From Amoebidium appalachense (lineage: Eukaryota > Protista > Ichthyosporea), in NCBI GenBank assembly GCA_963693365.1, contig CAVNZM010000003.1, positions 15,049,143-15,113,142 of the forward strand: DNA of 64,000 bases, given 5' to 3'. A program made the position numbers and the translations under genes. Below, one piece after another: positions 42,010 to 60,696 of this stretch (the stretch's first letter is position 1; the number at the start of each line of letters is the position of its first letter). The notes beneath the pieces were generated by a model, which ran no database searches, had not been told where the DNA came from, and saw only the letters and a list, made by a program, of their open reading frames with translations.

Positions 42010-43660
42010 TCGGCGATCCGGATCCCATCCAGGACACCTTTTGGGGGTCCTCCCACCATATCCACCCCACACATCCACCACAACCTACCTACATGATGAC
42101 ATCTAGATGGGATGTGGGGGTCGTAAACAATTTGGATGGCCACTATCCATAACTCATCTATGATGTCCAGGAGGGGATAAAGGGGACTTGATATCATCCA
42201 TCATCCAGAACAGCACCGCAAGGCATCTACAATGGTGTCATGAAATGATCTACAACCCATCCTAAATGCATATTAAATGCCCCGATGTTCAAAATTTTCC
42301 AAACACAATTTGGTGGGGTTTGGGTGGTGATATGGACCATCTAAAGACCACATTAAATGCTCTTTTCTTGTACCCATCCCAAAGTACACCCTAAGTACTC
42401 CAGGACGTCCAAGTGTACTTCTAGTTTATTTCCGGTGCACATAGACATTATATGGACCACTTTATATGATCATATTTTCTTCCCATCCATTTCTACCCCC
42501 TAAGTCCCCTATGATGTCCAAGACTAGTTTTAGTGCATTTTATACGATCCATATTGTTTTTTCGCTGTTATATGCACACCATATGCACTTTTGATGATCG
42601 ACAAAGTGTCTGTATGTGCTCTTGTAGATGGACCTCATCCACGACGTCATAGATGGTATGTGGATTGGGTGGTGCACATGATAGGCATATATGGTTGCTT
42701 TAATGTTGCTGGACGCTATTCCTGGTATACAGCATCTTTTTGACGTCTTTAAGTGGTCTGTTAATGAACCTTTTAGGACCATTTAGTTGTCATGAGGGAA
42801 AACCATATTTGCATCTTATATGGCCTTTACGTGGTATTTTAGATGCCTTTCGGATGATCATCATGAGGTTTCTGGGATGGGTTTGTGACATCTTTTTGAC
42901 CCTGGCTCGATCGATTCCGTGCACTTGAAGGCATCTACATGTGGACCTATGGTGTTGATGATGTGGTATTACAGATCTCTGAATATCCTATCCTTTTCCC
43001 ATCCATATGTACCCCCTAGGTACCCTCAGATGTCTAAGTGTATTTCTGGTGCATATTATATAATCATTCCTGATTTATCCCTGTTCTAGGCACAGCATGT
43101 GCACTTTATGATATCTAGTTAGGGTCTCTATGTGATCTTTGCGATGGTCCACATCCACGACGTCATAGATGGTTTGTGGATTACCCGGTGCACATGATAG
43201 GCATATATAGATGCTATAATGTTGCTGGATGCAATTCTCATACTAGAATGGAGTCCACAGCATCTCTCTAGGGTCTTTAAGTGGTCCTTGTATGCACTTT
43301 TCAGGAGCCGTTAGTTGTCTGAAGATGAATCTATATATGCACATTATGGTGTCTTGCAATTGTCCCTTTGATGTGTTTTGGATGGTCATCATGAGATTCC
43401 TGGGATGGGTTCGAGGCATCTTTTGGACCCAGGCTAGATCGATTCCGTGCACTTTTAAGCATCGCAAGATGGACATCAGGTGAATGTAAAGATGCTATAT
43501 TGATAAGTTCTGATATCTTTTTAGCCATAAACTTATACCATTTGGATGTCAACATGTATATAATGATATCAGCAGGAGAATGTAAAGATGCTATAACGAT
43601 AAGTTCTGATATCTTTTTCGTAGTAAACCTATACTATTTGGATGTCAATATATACCTAAA
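42010..43660. repeat. Left subterminal repeat region
   Basis: Many GATGTC/GACATC-like motifs. An ~515-bp diverged duplication (CATCCACGACGTCATAGATGG at about 42637 and 43152) and an ~96-bp duplication at about 43482 and 43578. Confidence 0.75.
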
Positions 43661-43778
43661 AGGTTGGGTTGCAGTCCACTTAAACTTCTGACATCGGCAC
43701 AGCGCCTATATGTTACAGGCTACTGACACACGTGAAAACCAAACCCCCTACACCCCCACTCATCAACAAACAGAAAAT

Positions 43779-44942
43779 TTACTCTGCGTCTTCGCCCATC
43801 TCCTCGTCTGGCTCTAGCCCAGCCTGTCCGAGAAACAACTCTTGTGCTTCCTCATCGAAGCCACACATGGCAAGGTATGAGGGAAGCTCTATGTCGTCCA
43901 TTGAAGCGCCCATCTCTGCAACTAGCCCAGGGAGGTATTCTCCCATGTCTATTGGGTCGCTATAACGGAAATTCCCACTGGCGGCTCTGACTGTGATATA
44001 TTGGTAGATTGCCGTCCACAACTGTTGCTCCCTGTCTTTCAGGTTTTTTTGAAACACCCTGTTTACCTCGGCTTTTGTGTCCGGGTGCGACCAGTCAATC
44101 TCGGCGTTAATGTTGGGCAGCACAGTTTCCATTTCTATCCGCGTGTAGTACTTTTGGCTTGTAGCGAAGTGGAGAAGGTGCCAACCACGCACTTCTTCAA
44201 AGGATATCTCCACAACTTTATCTTCCTCCCATGTAAAATTACAGGCCCCTGGCACCATGAGTTGTCGTACAGCCGCCGACGTGTCGCGGTTAAGGACGGC
44301 AATATTTGCGAGCCTAACCATATGGTCGGCGAATGCAGTGATAAATCGTTGTTGGGCATCGTTCAACGAAGCGGAGATGTCTGTCTGTGCTGCCAAATGA
44401 GCATCCCTGACCATTCGGTATGTATCGACGGCCATACGCTGTGTTATGTTCCCGCCAATACCGTCCATGGCGCCAGTGTGGAAGGCCCAGGCGTTGAGCA
44501 CTTGCCGTTTCAGCAGTTGTAGACTGCGGTTTGTACGCCTCCCCTTGTCGGTTTTGCGGTATGCAGTCTGGTTTTTTCGCTTGCGGTAAGCAATCCATGT
44601 AGCGCGTTCATATTCTGAATCATCGCTCACGGCCCACACTAGTGCATGCTCAGCCTTAGGAACGCGATGGGTCTGCAGCAGCATGCCTATTTCGTAGCCA
44701 GTGTAATGGCGAATTGTATCTCGGTGGGCGTCAATAAGGTGTTGAGAGAGAACACGGATGCCCTGTTTATTACAAAGGGCGCAGAAGCCCGCGGGGTGCC
44801 TAGAACCCTCGTCACATGCCACGTATTCACCATGGTGTTCAACGTAAAAGTTAACGTATGCAGTCACCATTTCTGAGGTAAATGGTGAGCCCTGTGTAAC
44901 AGCATGTGCGGGTGCATTTACAGCAACGTTTCGGGCCGCCAT
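43779..44942 (-). CDS. Intronless 387-aa orphan protein with a C2H2-like finger and acidic tail (transposon cargo)
   Basis: Clean ATG-to-stop ORF with CALCNKQGIRVLSQHLIDAH, basic RKRKNQ...RKTDKGRR and an acidic C-terminus. Confidence 0.8.
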   Translation of the reverse strand: MAARNVAVNAPAHAVTQGSPFTSEMVTAYVNFYVEHHGEYVACDEGSRHPAGFCALCNKQGIRVLSQHLIDAHRDTIRHYTGYEIGMLLQTHRVPKAEHALVWAVSDDSEYERATWIAYRKRKNQTAYRKTDKGRRTNRSLQLLKRQVLNAWAFHTGAMDGIGGNITQRMAVDTYRMVRDAHLAAQTDISASLNDAQQRFITAFADHMVRLANIAVLNRDTSAAVRQLMVPGACNFTWEEDKVVEISFEEVRGWHLLHFATSQKYYTRIEMETVLPNINAEIDWSHPDTKAEVNRVFQKNLKDREQQLWTAIYQYITVRAASGNFRYSDPIDMGEYLPGLVAEMGASMDDIELPSYLAMCGFDEEAQELFLGQAGLEPDEEMGEDAE

Positions 44943-45975
44943 TTTTGTTCAATCATTGGTGGATAGCAGTATGCCAGGCAGCAAAAAGCTACTGTGCATG
45001 TGTGGCCGTGAGCATATGCAAACCTACTGACTGACTGACTGATGATATGGTTTCCACAGTGTGATCGACTCCGCGCGCCGCGCGCCGCTCCGGGCGGTGC
45101 GCGGCGTGGAATGAAAGCCAATGAATATTCACGGATTTGAGAGATAGGATTTCGCGTCATGTGATTGGATCACATAATTTTTCTGGAGGCGTGCAAAGCA
45201 GACCACCATCCTTGCCGGGAGACCGCCAAATTGATTTTGATCACGCTTTAATGTGGTAGAACTGGCTCAGGAATTAACAGCTGAAAATTATAAGATTTAT
45301 AAAAGTAATACTTTGATAAAACACGCCTATATTATTCATTTAAAGGTTGCCAGACAGAGGCGTGCAAATGAAGGGAGCCAGCCATTCCACCCATATGGCT
45401 AGTGTAGATAATTACCAACAACCTTGGTTGTAAAGATATATTTTGATATAATTTATAACAGATAATAATATTGTTGCATAAATGAATGATTCATGAAAGA
45501 AGTCGTATCAGATATGGCAGAGGAACAACACCCTTGTGTCACAGACTTGGTGCACGTGCGCGTGCACAAATTCCATCGTCCGAGACATCATAAACCCGCC
45601 ACTAAGTCGTCATTTAGTTGTCCATACGGGCCCATGTGGGCGGGCAGGCTTACGGTAACTGTCAGCATTGTTACTAGATATACTAATGGCCACAACCCTT
45701 TCCGTTATTTGTTAGCTGATGTGGCCACTAGAGGGTCCACAGATACATATAGATGCGGCAACGATTGGCATTATTAAGTGAATCCAAGCCGAAAACAAAA
45801 ATTATGCACTCGATTCAGACATCAACATATTGTCAAACAGATCTCATAAAGATATCCGAAAGGTTCGGATGTGGGGGTGATCGAGATGGGAAAAAAGGAA
45901 AATGTAGTCTAAAAGTCCCCATAAAGGCATCTTTTAAGGGTACGACAATTTGCATAGCCTCACCCATTGCTACCT

Positions 45976-52946
<6,971 letters not shown>

Positions 52947-54368
52947 TTTGACGCGCTTTACCGCACATCACGTGCATACACAAAGTTTATCAAAACAGTG
53001 TATATACATATATATTTTATAGTACAGATAGATCTCTCGTGTGCGTCCAGCTGGGATGTGGATGGGTTGTGTTGATCATGATGTCCCTTGCCTGATGTCG
53101 TGGAGTCCGCGTTGACCCCCGGGTGGTGTTTCCTACAACATGAAGATGTCCAATTATCCTAATCGTGGTGATTGGACATTTATCACGTACTCGGATAGTT
53201 CCAATGCGGCGATTGGTCTGCTATGGCATAAACTCTATCTTGCTGCGTTGCTTCGTCCAACACTGATGCTACTAGGTGCGCATGCCCATATTTCATTGAC
53301 ATAAAAAATAACAAACTTCAAAGTAAATATACAAGCTGAATGTGTTATTAGAACAACCGTGGAGATTTCAACGACCTGTATGTTGTTTGGTTTGCGTGCG
53401 TTGCAAATATCATTGGTGATCTGTCATGCATACATGTGGCCACTCTAGGCAGCGCGCGCACTTCGTAAACATGGGAATCCACTGGCATAGCCTACCTAAT
53501 CGTTCGGTCCTTATATAAGTGTCAATAAATGTGGACAGTGTAAAAAAAAAAAAAAAAACAATAAAAAATGCAGAAGAGTTCAACTATTAATATTCCAATA
53601 GTATCATATTAATTGCTCATTCTCCCTGCGGCCACTCGATAAGCTCAATGTCAGGTCCACACCTTCCCATCCGATAGACCCACATACCTGAGCGCGGCAG
53701 GGAAAACAGGTGCAAGTCAAAAGTTGGTTATTTTCTTTCGTAATGGACGTTAGAAATTACTAGAAAATTTGCACTTTAAATTGTCTGGTAATTTAATATT
53801 TATGTTCATTTCATTGATCTCTTATGCTGAGTTTTCCACGTCTGCTTCTTATAACTTCTGCCTCAGCGCGAGTTAAAACAGGAAAGACGGATGGTGATCC
53901 CCACATACAACGTACTGTAATAGTAGAATTATGGGTGCTGACAAATTTCAAGCGGATAAAAGATGTCGTCGACACAAAGCAAGAAAAAAAATGCCTCTAC
54001 TTGAAACTAAGGCTTTTTATAAACACTTAAAATGTGAGAATATCGGGTTTCTGCAGAATGTTTTGCTGTAATTGTATTGTCATTTTATGGCCAACAAGTC
54101 TTGATGACCAGGGTCCAACCTCAGCAAATTGCAGGAGGTGTGGGGGGAAACATATCATATGTTTTCGCCGTCTGTGATTGGGTTACGCGTTTGATTAGCT
54201 TCAGCTTATGCGATGATCAACCAATTAAAAGTTTTTCATGGGCATAGGATTGCAATCCATTTCCCAACCGGAACTGCAACAGAAACCCCACATAACACAT
54301 CTTTGTGGTCCATATGACCACATATCGTCATCGCTCTGTCTCGCGCTTACGCCTTCCACGTCTCCACC
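52947..54368. promoter_or_regulatory. Putative bidirectional promoter region between the transposase and the accessory gene
   Basis: Divergent ATGs at 52946 and 54369. AT-rich, with several CCAAT/ATTGG boxes and a palindromic CTTATATAAG near 53510. Confidence 0.4.
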
Positions 54369-57300
54369 ATGCCAAAGACCGCGAAAATGGGCGCCACAAC
54401 GACCAAGCTTCCCAAGCGCAAAAAGGTTGAGACGCCGTTCGACGACTCGGACTGCAGCGAGCCCGTGGCCGCCAGCAAGGGCGGCAAGGGCGGCAAGGGC
54501 GGCAAGGATAGCAAGGCCGGGGGTAGGGGCAGGGAGAATCCCAGCAAGGCTGATAGCCCTACTGGGCAGTCAGTCGGCATTCTCCTCAAAGGCATCACCT
54601 CAGTTACGGCCCCGGCCGCCCTCGCCATGCTGCAGCCGAAGAGGAAAGGTGGGTTGTGTTTGTGTTTTACACCCCCTGCTGCATAAATAGTCGTTACGCG
54701 TGTGCTCGTTGTCAGTTTCACCTAGGCTTTCTCACTGTAACATCAAAAACTTTTAAAATCTTCAAACATAAAAACAACATTGCGCTTCGTCTTTCATGGA
54801 TAGGGAAAAGGCTTTAAAGGCACTTCGTGCCCTGCACAGTGCTGAAGAGAAACGGGAGGGCTGTTGTTTATTAGAGGGGTTTGCACCTCCTGTTCCTTTT
54901 CGTGATGCGATGGAACAGTTTTCGACCAAAGAGATAAAAGAGCAAGCGTGTAGGCAAACAGTAACTCGCGTGTCCGAGTCATGGTTCGAGATAAGCCGGG
55001 AGCCTGTCAGCGTGGACCTTTCCAAGTGTCAAACGTTGCCTCAAGATGTTAGTGGTTTGGGTGAAATGAGCAGTGAGCAGATAGCGCAGTTGTTTGAGGA
55101 AAACCTCGAAGGTGTTGGTGGTGTCTATGCATCCGATGTCGAGGTGGATGGTGATCAAATATTCGACGAACGCATTTTCAATGTAACTGCAATCAGTGAC
55201 TTCACGCCGTTGGGAAGAAATCATTTCGGGGAAACAATGCCAGGAATCAATGTTGCCATGTTGTACGCGCAGTTGTCTGTCTTGGGTTTAACAGTGTTTG
55301 GTGCACACATTGAAGATGCCGCGCTGGCCTCAGCAAGCCTTCTTTTGTGGGGCCTTAAGGTGTGGTTTATCCACCCTCCCTCCCAGTACAAACGGCTCTT
55401 ACAGCTGGCCCGCAACGAATTGCCAGGCTCGTGCAGAAACCCACTTCAGCACAAAAATTATATCCCTCGGTCTCCGCGTTACCTTGCATCCATAGGGTTG
55501 GCACCTGTCATAGTCGTACAGCGCGCCGGCGACTTGGTACAAACCACACCTGGAGCGCTTCACTATGGCTTTCAGGTTGGCCCGAACATTGCGCTAGCAG
55601 TGAACACCGCAACTTTTCTCTGGATCGACCAGCTTGCGCTGTATCCCACGTGCGAGTGTCGGGAACACTTCTTGCCTAGTGTGGAGAACATGATAGCGGG
55701 ATTCCAGTCAGTTACACAGGAAAACATACCCGTTGCTATTGGTCAAACCCCCCCCCCCCCCCCCCCCCCCCCCCGCACTCACCCACCCACACTCCCCGTT
55801 GTATTTGTACTTTTGTTCTGTTGACTGCATTCAACCCTCCCCCCCCCCCCCCCCCCCCTCCCCCTCCGTTTATATACTCTCCCTTCACCCACTCCACTCT
55901 TTCTAAACACACCTGCTGCTAGTGTGGTTTACTCGCTCCCCCCACTCGCCTGTCCACGTCAACTAGTTCTTTTGTGTTTTCGAAACCTCTGCCTTCACCC
56001 ACGATATGTTGATGGGGATATCCATACGATAGATCATTTTTGGTGTAGAAATGGTTGGGAAAGGGGGGGATTCGGTGGTGTTTTGGGTCATATGATGACC
56101 TCCAATAGTTATCTGGATCATGCCGGAAAATACTATCTGTTGCCAGGGTTGCCCTGTTTCCGCACTTCTGTTAGTTTTCTACGATTCCAACAATTGTACT
56201 AACATTAGTCCTACTATTCTTCAGTCACAGAAGTCCAGGAAGATGACGAGAACAACTTCAACGACGAGGATGAATGCCCCTACAACCGCGAGGATCAGCT
56301 CGAGGTCCTTTTTTACACACTGGTGTTGTCGGGCAAGCACCCAACCTACACCAACCAGAGGATGCGAAAGCTCATCCGCTCCTACAGTCGCGCCGCCATG
56401 AGGGAGCACTTGCGCGCCCTCCTGGGCAAGGAGGCGAGACTGCCAGTGCTTGATGATCCAGAGCCGCCTCCGTCTCCATCTGGGCCTGGGCTGGGCCGCA
56501 CCCCTACCACCCCTTCCCGTCGCCCAACCCCCTCCCCCTCCAAGAAACACCCCGAGACATTATCCTTTCAGGAGACCACCCAGTTCCTGGTAGGCAACCT
56601 ATCCCTCCCTTGGTTTCGTTTTGATTTTGTTTCTCTTACCTATTGTAGTAGTTATGTTTCAAACAACCCTCCCCCCACCAATCTCTGTGATCAAAGCTCA
56701 TCCTTGTGGAGGAATTGTTGCCATCCCACCACCTCATGCTGCCACCTCCTAATGCATTCATCCCCCCCTACCCGCACTAAACCCATCCCTACTACATCCA
56801 CACCCTTATTCTGTCTAAGTGGATAAACTGAAGGAACTATTCAAACTTGGTCATTTCAAAGCAACTGCTACAGCACGTTTCCAGCATGGAGGATTTATAG
56901 CTCCATCAAGATTTATTCACATCGTCATTCTTGTTTTCTAACATTTTCCATCACCGTCAGAATGACTATGTGGAAAAGTCCTCCAAGACCCACAACATCT
57001 ACCAGCACCTTGTGCTGGAGTCACCCCAGATCAACAACGCCCACGATGGGGACCTGGCTGGAAAGTTCGTCGAGGTTCTTCAGAAAGTCGAGACGTCAAG
57101 CGCGAAGCTGAATCAGGAGGCCGTGGCCAAGTGGGTCCACATCATCCGCAACTGTGTGCGTAGCGATCCCGCACAGAAGTATATCTCCAAAATCCGCACG
57201 GGCATCACCTCCATCAAGTCCAATGTCCACCAGCACGTCCGCAACTTCCTGAGGACTGGGTACGTTGTACCTGGGACCAATCTCGATGTATTCCCCCCCC

Positions 57301-59532
57301 CCCCCCCCCCCCCCCCCCCCCGCGCGTCCCCCGCCTCCGTACTCAACGGACTCCTTCTATGACAACGGGCTTAACTCTTCTCACACGCATCCTAGCACAC
57401 AGGTTACTTTGTTCTAATCTACTTGTATGCCATTAACGTCATTTGTACAGGGATGGAGATATGTAGCTGTTTTGTTCTAATCTACTTGTATGCCATTAAC
57501 GTCATTTGTACAGGGATGGAGATATGTAGCTGTTTCAAGTAGTAATGTAGTAATAATACTTTCTTTTCATTGTATTTATATAATATTTTATTGACAGTCT
57601 TCTGTAATACACAATCATGGACTAACCCCCCCCCCCCCCCCCCCCCCCCCTCCTCCCCCCCCCCCCCCACAACGCCACCGCCACCTGCTTCACCACCACT
57701 CGCTTCTGTTTCCTTTCTTTTGCTGCATTCAAACACACATTCACAGCTGGTCGCCTACGCCCCAACTGCCGATGAGCGACCAGCGCTGTGGCTGGCCCTC
57801 CTGGATGAGGTCAAGCTGAATGGCCAGCCGTGCGGCCGCGTGTACTCTGTCGACCCTGAAACGGGCAACCCGTTCGGGTACCAGCCGTTTTCCCGCCTGT
57901 TCAGCAGCATCTCATTGAAGGCTGTGCGGCTTGTCCTTGGCAACAAGACTGCCTTGGTATGTAATGTCCCCAACAAATCACTTTCAACACATTCTGAGTC
58001 TAGACTACATCAAAGGACCCCCCCCCCCCCCCCCCCCTTGCCTCCTGCCCACCACCCACTCACACATACTCGCTCTTCAACCAACACACGTGTGTACACA
58101 CACATACACACACACACACTCCCTTTCACCCTTCCACGTTCTCCTCTGATCACCGGTTTAACTTCCCAAATAACTTGCTTTCATCGTATATATTTACTTG
58201 CATAACACTTTCTTTCCCCCCCCCCCCCCCCCCCCCCCCGCTCCCCTCCACCATGAACATTCCACGAATCGAATCGAAAAAAAAATTGATGCATATTCCT
58301 AGGTCTGCAAATGCTTGGAATATTTCAAGAATAAAGACAGTTTTAAGCATCATCATAGAGAATTACGGTCACATTCTTACATCATGAAGGGCCATAATGT
58401 TGTCGTCATATGATCCTAATGACATCCATTGGATGTCAGTAAGACCATATGACGACAACATTATCTGTCTCTTCTCTTCTCTTCCTTATGTGTATTCCTT
58501 CCGAACTTTACCTCTTTTGAAAACAGATCACTAAAGAAGCACTGGGCAGGATATCGCCAGAGACCACAGGGCATTCTTCCGGCTGGTCGTCAACTGCTTC
58601 GAGGTGTCGCTGCGAGACCCCAACCAACACAAGCTCATCAACAAGTGGACCCCCGTGAAATTCGAATGTGACGACCCCAACTATGACGGTGCTGCGGCCG
58701 AAGGCAACATCAAGTTGGTGGGTCCCCCCCCCCCCCCCCCCCCCTTTTGGCTAGGCAATAGGATGCTGACACTTGAGCTGTGGGGTGTTTCATCATGGCT
58801 CACGAGACTTACGCTAAGTTCATTATAATTCCTACCCTCCCCCCCCCCCCCCTTATGGTGTGATTATCGCTGACTACACTATAGCGTGCCGACACTCGAG
58901 CTAGTTAGCATTTAGTCTGTTCTGTTTTATAAAAGACTTCTTTGTTCACATCTGCAAACCCCCCCCCCCCCCCCCCATAAAAAAAAAAACACAAACAACA
59001 CAATCACATCGTTGGAAAAAGTTTTCTAGACTGACTTCTGTAAAGCATCTGACTCTGTGCCCGCCATTACCTGCAGTACATCTCAAACTACGACAACTAC
59101 GTGAAGGACCAGATGGTGACAGCCGAGCGGGAGGCCGGGGAGGAGTTGCGCAGGCAGCAGGAGGAGGCCGATGCGGAGAGGGAGGCAGAGGCACTGGCGG
59201 AGCGGGAGCGGGAGGAGCAGGCCGCTAAGGAGGCCGCGTCTCTGCACAAGGAGGCCCCAGACCCCAAGGTGGACCAACGTAAAAACGAGACGGACGCGGC
59301 CAAGGTCGGCAAGGAGGGCGAGGATGTCGCTGTGGGCGGCACGGAGGGTGACAGCGAGGCCGTGCAGCAGGTGGAGGGGGTGGAGGAGGAGGCGGCTGAG
59401 TTTCAAGGTGAGGACTCTCCGGCTGAGTTCAACGAGGCTGAGGGAGAGACCCCCCTTACCAGGTCGGCGATGAAGAGAAGGCGCCAACAGGGTCATGCCA
59501 GCCCCCACAAAAAGCCCAAATTCACCCCTTAG
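54369..59532 (+). CDS. Multi-exon transposon accessory protein of unknown function (NLSs, acidic C-terminus)
   Basis: GC3-rich exons at 54369-54648, 56231-56589, 56961-57259, possibly 57396-57402, 57747-57956, about 58527/58550-58716 and 59077-59532. NLS-like PKRKKV and KRRR...KKPK. Two junctions are uncertain. Confidence 0.7.
54796..55824 (+). CDS. JmjC-domain protein, KDM4/JMJD2-like histone demethylase
   Basis: Motifs VYASDV, PGINVAMLY, FGAHIEDAALAS (HxE), GLKVWF, CRNPLQHK, VVQRAGDLVQTTPGALHYGFQVGPNIALAVN and CEC occur in the same order as in the KDM4 catalytic domain. Confidence 0.88.
   Translation: MDREKALKALRALHSAEEKREGCCLLEGFAPPVPFRDAMEQFSTKEIKEQACRQTVTRVSESWFEISREPVSVDLSKCQTLPQDVSGLGEMSSEQIAQLFEENLEGVGGVYASDVEVDGDQIFDERIFNVTAISDFTPLGRNHFGETMPGINVAMLYAQLSVLGLTVFGAHIEDAALASASLLLWGLKVWFIHPPSQYKRLLQLARNELPGSCRNPLQHKNYIPRSPRYLASIGLAPVIVVQRAGDLVQTTPGALHYGFQVGPNIALAVNTATFLWIDQLALYPTCECREHFLPSVENMIAGFQSVTQENIPVAIGQTPPPPPPPPRTHPPTLPVVFVLLFC
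57408..57535. repeat. 63-bp tandem duplication in an intron
   Basis: GTTCTAATCTACTTGTATGCC... occurs at 57411 and 57474. Confidence 0.9.
58394..58464. repeat. 71-bp intronic palindrome
   Basis: ATAATGTTGTCGTCATATG...TGACATCCA-T-TGGATGTCA...CATATGACGACAACATTAT. Confidence 0.9.
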
Positions 59533-59714
59533 CCCCCCACCTCCCCCCCCCCCTCCCCCTTCCCCCCAAGAAATGTACTGCCCCTTTTTTGTAGGGGATT
59601 ATTTTGGATTTTATTTTGCAAGTTTGTTTACTTTGTTTAGTTTTGTTTTTTTCTCATCAATTTATAGTGTTTCTTTTCTTGAATTTTAATGTTTTGAATA
59701 GTTGAGACAGTAGA

Positions 59715-60676
59715 GGGGTGTCCCAGTGGGACATCCCGTAGATGTAAAGAGTGGAGACACGTCCCAGTGGGACGTGTCATAAGAAATTAAAGATTGTTCA
59801 GCACGGTCAACGACACTTCACTGTGCAGCCACGGGGAGGAAAGGGAAGGGGGGGGGGGGGGGGGGGGGGGGAAACTGGGGGGAACTGACATCATCTTGGC
59901 ATCAACCGGGGCACAAAATGATGCTTTAATATAGATTTTTGGACGATTAGAATACAGTATAATGATCATATTAAATTGCTTGTAGTGATCGTTTTGTCGA
60001 CTTATTATGCTGCACAAGTTGTCACAAAGTAAACATAAAGGTGACATGTGTATGTCGTGAATCGGTGTGCATGAAATAAAGATCATGTAGAGTGATCCAG
60101 AAGGTATCTTTGTATGGTCGGCAACAGATCCGTTTGATGACATAAAGGCATCGTGAAATAAGGATTCCGATGCCCCGAGATACTTTAAAGGCAACATTTA
60201 GTTCTCCTTATGTGCCGTTTTAGATGCAGAGAAGTCAACATGAAGACCTCTAAATCACCTCTCGTTGCAATAAGGTAATGTACATCATGTCCCTTTAACG
60301 ATATCGTTAGATGTCTGTTTGTTGCCTTAATTTCTTATTTGAGCTCTTTAAAGTGGCCTTAAAGATGACATAAAAGGGTCTTGATGTGCAGGATCTTACG
60401 ATACCTATATTTTAGGGGTAGAAAAGGTGGGGATTGGGGGGGGTTACGGATGGGTAGTGGTTAGGTTTAGGTGTAGAAAACGATGTCAGGAAAAATGTAT
60501 ATAAAGATGTCAGGAAATTTCCAGACATCTTTATGATAACTTGAAAGTCGTCTTTAAATGGTCCGAAAATATCCTGACATCTTTTCGATGGGATATGGGG
60601 TAGATAGGGTTAAAGGGTGTGATGTAGATGACTTTGATTAGATGCTGACGTCTTAGATGGCTTATGGATGGATTCG
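59715..60676. repeat. Right subterminal region of the Plavaka-type element
   Basis: Recurrent GATGTC/GACATC/GATGAC motifs and two GTCCCAGTGGGAC palindromes at about 59720 and 59761. Confidence 0.65.
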
Positions 60677-60696
60677 ACAAGATTGCTGATGGTGTG

